From sequence record PP418985.1: a stretch of 64,000 nt of DNA; one strand, 5' to 3'. Positions 60,954 through 64,000 of this stretch are shown here, one piece after another. This DNA is from Escherichia phage UPWr_E1. The notes beneath the pieces were generated by a model that was given only the letters and a program-made list of their open reading frames with translations, was not told the origin of the DNA and made no database searches. Within the stretch, counting starts at the first letter, position 1; every line of letters begins with the position of its first letter. Position numbers and translations under genes: made by a program.

Positions 60954-62791
60954 ACTCGGAAGTCATAAATGCCACCCAGAGAGCGAATCGTGCTGAGATA
61001 TTGCGAAACCTCCATACGGAAGGAAGCGCGAGTAAAGTTATCGTTGTTTTCAAACAGTTTGTATTTGCTTGAATCGCCGATATTCTTTTTCAGCATGTTA
61101 AACAGACGACGAACGTTAATGCGGTCAAACGGGCTAGGAACAGTAGTAGCGGTTTTATCACCCATCAGGATAAACCCTTCACCACCAGCACCAATTACCG
61201 GGTTAATTGCAGCCTGATACAGACGATCACGGTGTGCCTTGCGAGGCTCAATAGCCAGTTTAACTACGTTCATGATCTGACCACGGTTATAACCTGCCGG
61301 ACTCATCCACGGTTGAGATACCGCATCAGTGCGAGCACACAAACCAGCAATATCAGCAGCCAACGGAACCCAGCGGTTTACATCGTTGTATTTGTCATAC
61401 TGATATTTGTAGTTACCATCAATAACCGCGTAAGTGGTATTAATGTTCATGTTGTTGTCTGAATAATTGCTCTTTCCTTCTCGCCATGCGATCAGGTTAT
61501 CAATTGCGGTAGTGACCGGAATATTAACAACAGTGCTACGCGGCGGAGAAACCATCACTAAGCAATCCTGACGCTCATCACCGATGGAAACAGCATGTTT
61601 CTGTACGGTGGAGAATGCATCACCTTCACCCGCACACGCACCAGCAATCAGCAGGTTTACATGAATAGACTCACGTTCAGCAAACAGATCCCAGCCTTTC
61701 ATCATTGCGCCAATAAACGGATCAGCACCAACACCAACACCCGCAGTTGCGGATTCGTTAGCAGAAACACCACCAACCAAAGAGATGATACCACTGAAAC
61801 CATCTACCCAGCCCTGAGCGGTTGCATAGATGTACTGACTAGCACCACGAGCAAAGAAGTCGTCCATATAGATAGAATTGCCGTAAACGTCTTTATCCCC
61901 TTTCAGAGTAGACAGTACATAGGATTCTACCACAACACCATCTCGACGAACAATAAACGCATATTGATTATCATTCTGCGGTGCATATGGAATCAGGTTG
62001 CGTGCTGCGGCACGAGTTCCACCGAACGGATACAGTGTCAATTCAGGTGCTGCCGCTCCGCTAAACGCGCTACGTGCCAGAATCTCAACTTCCAGAGAGT
62101 TACCAATCTCACCAGCATAGATTGCACTTACCGCTGGCATATCATACTTTTTGAGCTTAGTCAAAAATTCTTGATTGGTGATATTGGCGCGGGAAGTCTC
62201 CAGATCCGTTAAGAGAAGACCGGAATCGGTAACAATTTTAGAAATGGTGATCGCCGCATTTGAGTTACCAGTGCCGGAAGTGATTTCTACGGTAAACCCA
62301 TCCAGATTAGGATACACGCCAACGGATTTAGCCAGAGCAATGATTTTCCCGGTTGGGATGAAAATACCTTTAATTTTACCTTCTGTATCTACTTTGGTTA
62401 CTTTACCAGCGGTTTCAACTTCCTGACGATTGTATTTTACTTTAATTGAATCGCCTACTTTGTAGTTAGAACCTTCGTTGGTAATATTAAATTCTACGTT
62501 ACCCGCGAGAGTGGTGGAGTTTTTCGCTTTTTCTGTATTCAGTACACGAACAACACGCAGGTCGTTACCATACTGGAGGAAGTTAGCCCCGCTCATGAAA
62601 TAGTCTGCGGTGTTATTATCCGGCTGACCAAATTTATTAACTAATTCAACTTCATTAGTTACTTGAATAATCTGGAAAGCTGGACCCCATTGAAATTTAC
62701 CTACCAGCGCCGCGCGACCAGTCGCAGATTGTACAATGGTAGTGGAGAGAGTAGTTTCTTTCGTTTCGAAACCCGGTGATAATAGAGTCAT
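60785..62791 (-). CDS. 18: Tail sheath protein gp18
   Basis: 668 aa; size and synteny with 17 and 19. Confidence 0.85.
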   Translation of the reverse strand: MTLLSPGFETKETTLSTTIVQSATGRAALVGKFQWGPAFQIIQVTNEVELVNKFGQPDNNTADYFMSGANFLQYGNDLRVVRVLNTEKAKNSTTLAGNVEFNITNEGSNYKVGDSIKVKYNRQEVETAGKVTKVDTEGKIKGIFIPTGKIIALAKSVGVYPNLDGFTVEITSGTGNSNAAITISKIVTDSGLLLTDLETSRANITNQEFLTKLKKYDMPAVSAIYAGEIGNSLEVEILARSAFSGAAAPELTLYPFGGTRAAARNLIPYAPQNDNQYAFIVRRDGVVVESYVLSTLKGDKDVYGNSIYMDDFFARGASQYIYATAQGWVDGFSGIISLVGGVSANESATAGVGVGADPFIGAMMKGWDLFAERESIHVNLLIAGACAGEGDAFSTVQKHAVSIGDERQDCLVMVSPPRSTVVNIPVTTAIDNLIAWREGKSNYSDNNMNINTTYAVIDGNYKYQYDKYNDVNRWVPLAADIAGLCARTDAVSQPWMSPAGYNRGQIMNVVKLAIEPRKAHRDRLYQAAINPVIGAGGEGFILMGDKTATTVPSPFDRINVRRLFNMLKKNIGDSSKYKLFENNDNFTRASFRMEVSQYLSTIRSLGGIYDFRVQCDTTNNTPDVIDRNEFVASMFIKPAKSINYIMLNFTAVATGADFDEIIGPANQA

Positions 62792-62822
62792 TAGAATTTC
62801 CTCATCTTTTTATGCATTATCG

Positions 62823-64000
<1,178 letters not shown>

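Overview
This window reads as a T4-type (Tevenvirinae-like) myovirus genome segment, called by eye from protein motifs and T4 gene order; no database search was run. The plus strand carries an early/middle replication and nucleotide-metabolism block in T4 order: rnh, dsbA-like, 33-like, 59, 32, frd, td, nrdA, nrdB, denA, rnlA, spanins, pseT, cd, 31, DNA ligase, alt. The minus strand carries late structural genes: tail fiber gp34 (partial), baseplate hub 54-48-29-28-27-51 and the head/tail block 24, 23, 22, 21, 68, 67, 20, 19, 18, 17 (partial). Genes 26, 25 and uvsY are on the plus strand; uvsW.1 and uvsW are on the minus strand. Between the conserved genes lie accessory islands of small ORFs, each driven by a conserved early-promoter cassette whose -35/-10 spacer is a GC hairpin, as in the PeSL elements of RB49-like phages. 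The absence of alc and of introns in td and nrdB suggests unmodified cytosine DNA. The most notable observations are a perfect 273-bp tandem duplication across the gene 18/19 junction, a seven-member array of small paralogs with an HxHW motif, a three-gene fiber-like insertion between genes 23 and 24, a methyltransferase-like/zinc-ribbon/DUF262 trio, a NADAR-like gene beside two ADP-ribosyltransferases, a CYTH-like gene, two Hoc-like genes, and a thymidylate synthase with a roughly 120-residue insertion. Coordinates I derived by eye rather than from the ORF track may be off by 1-2 nt.
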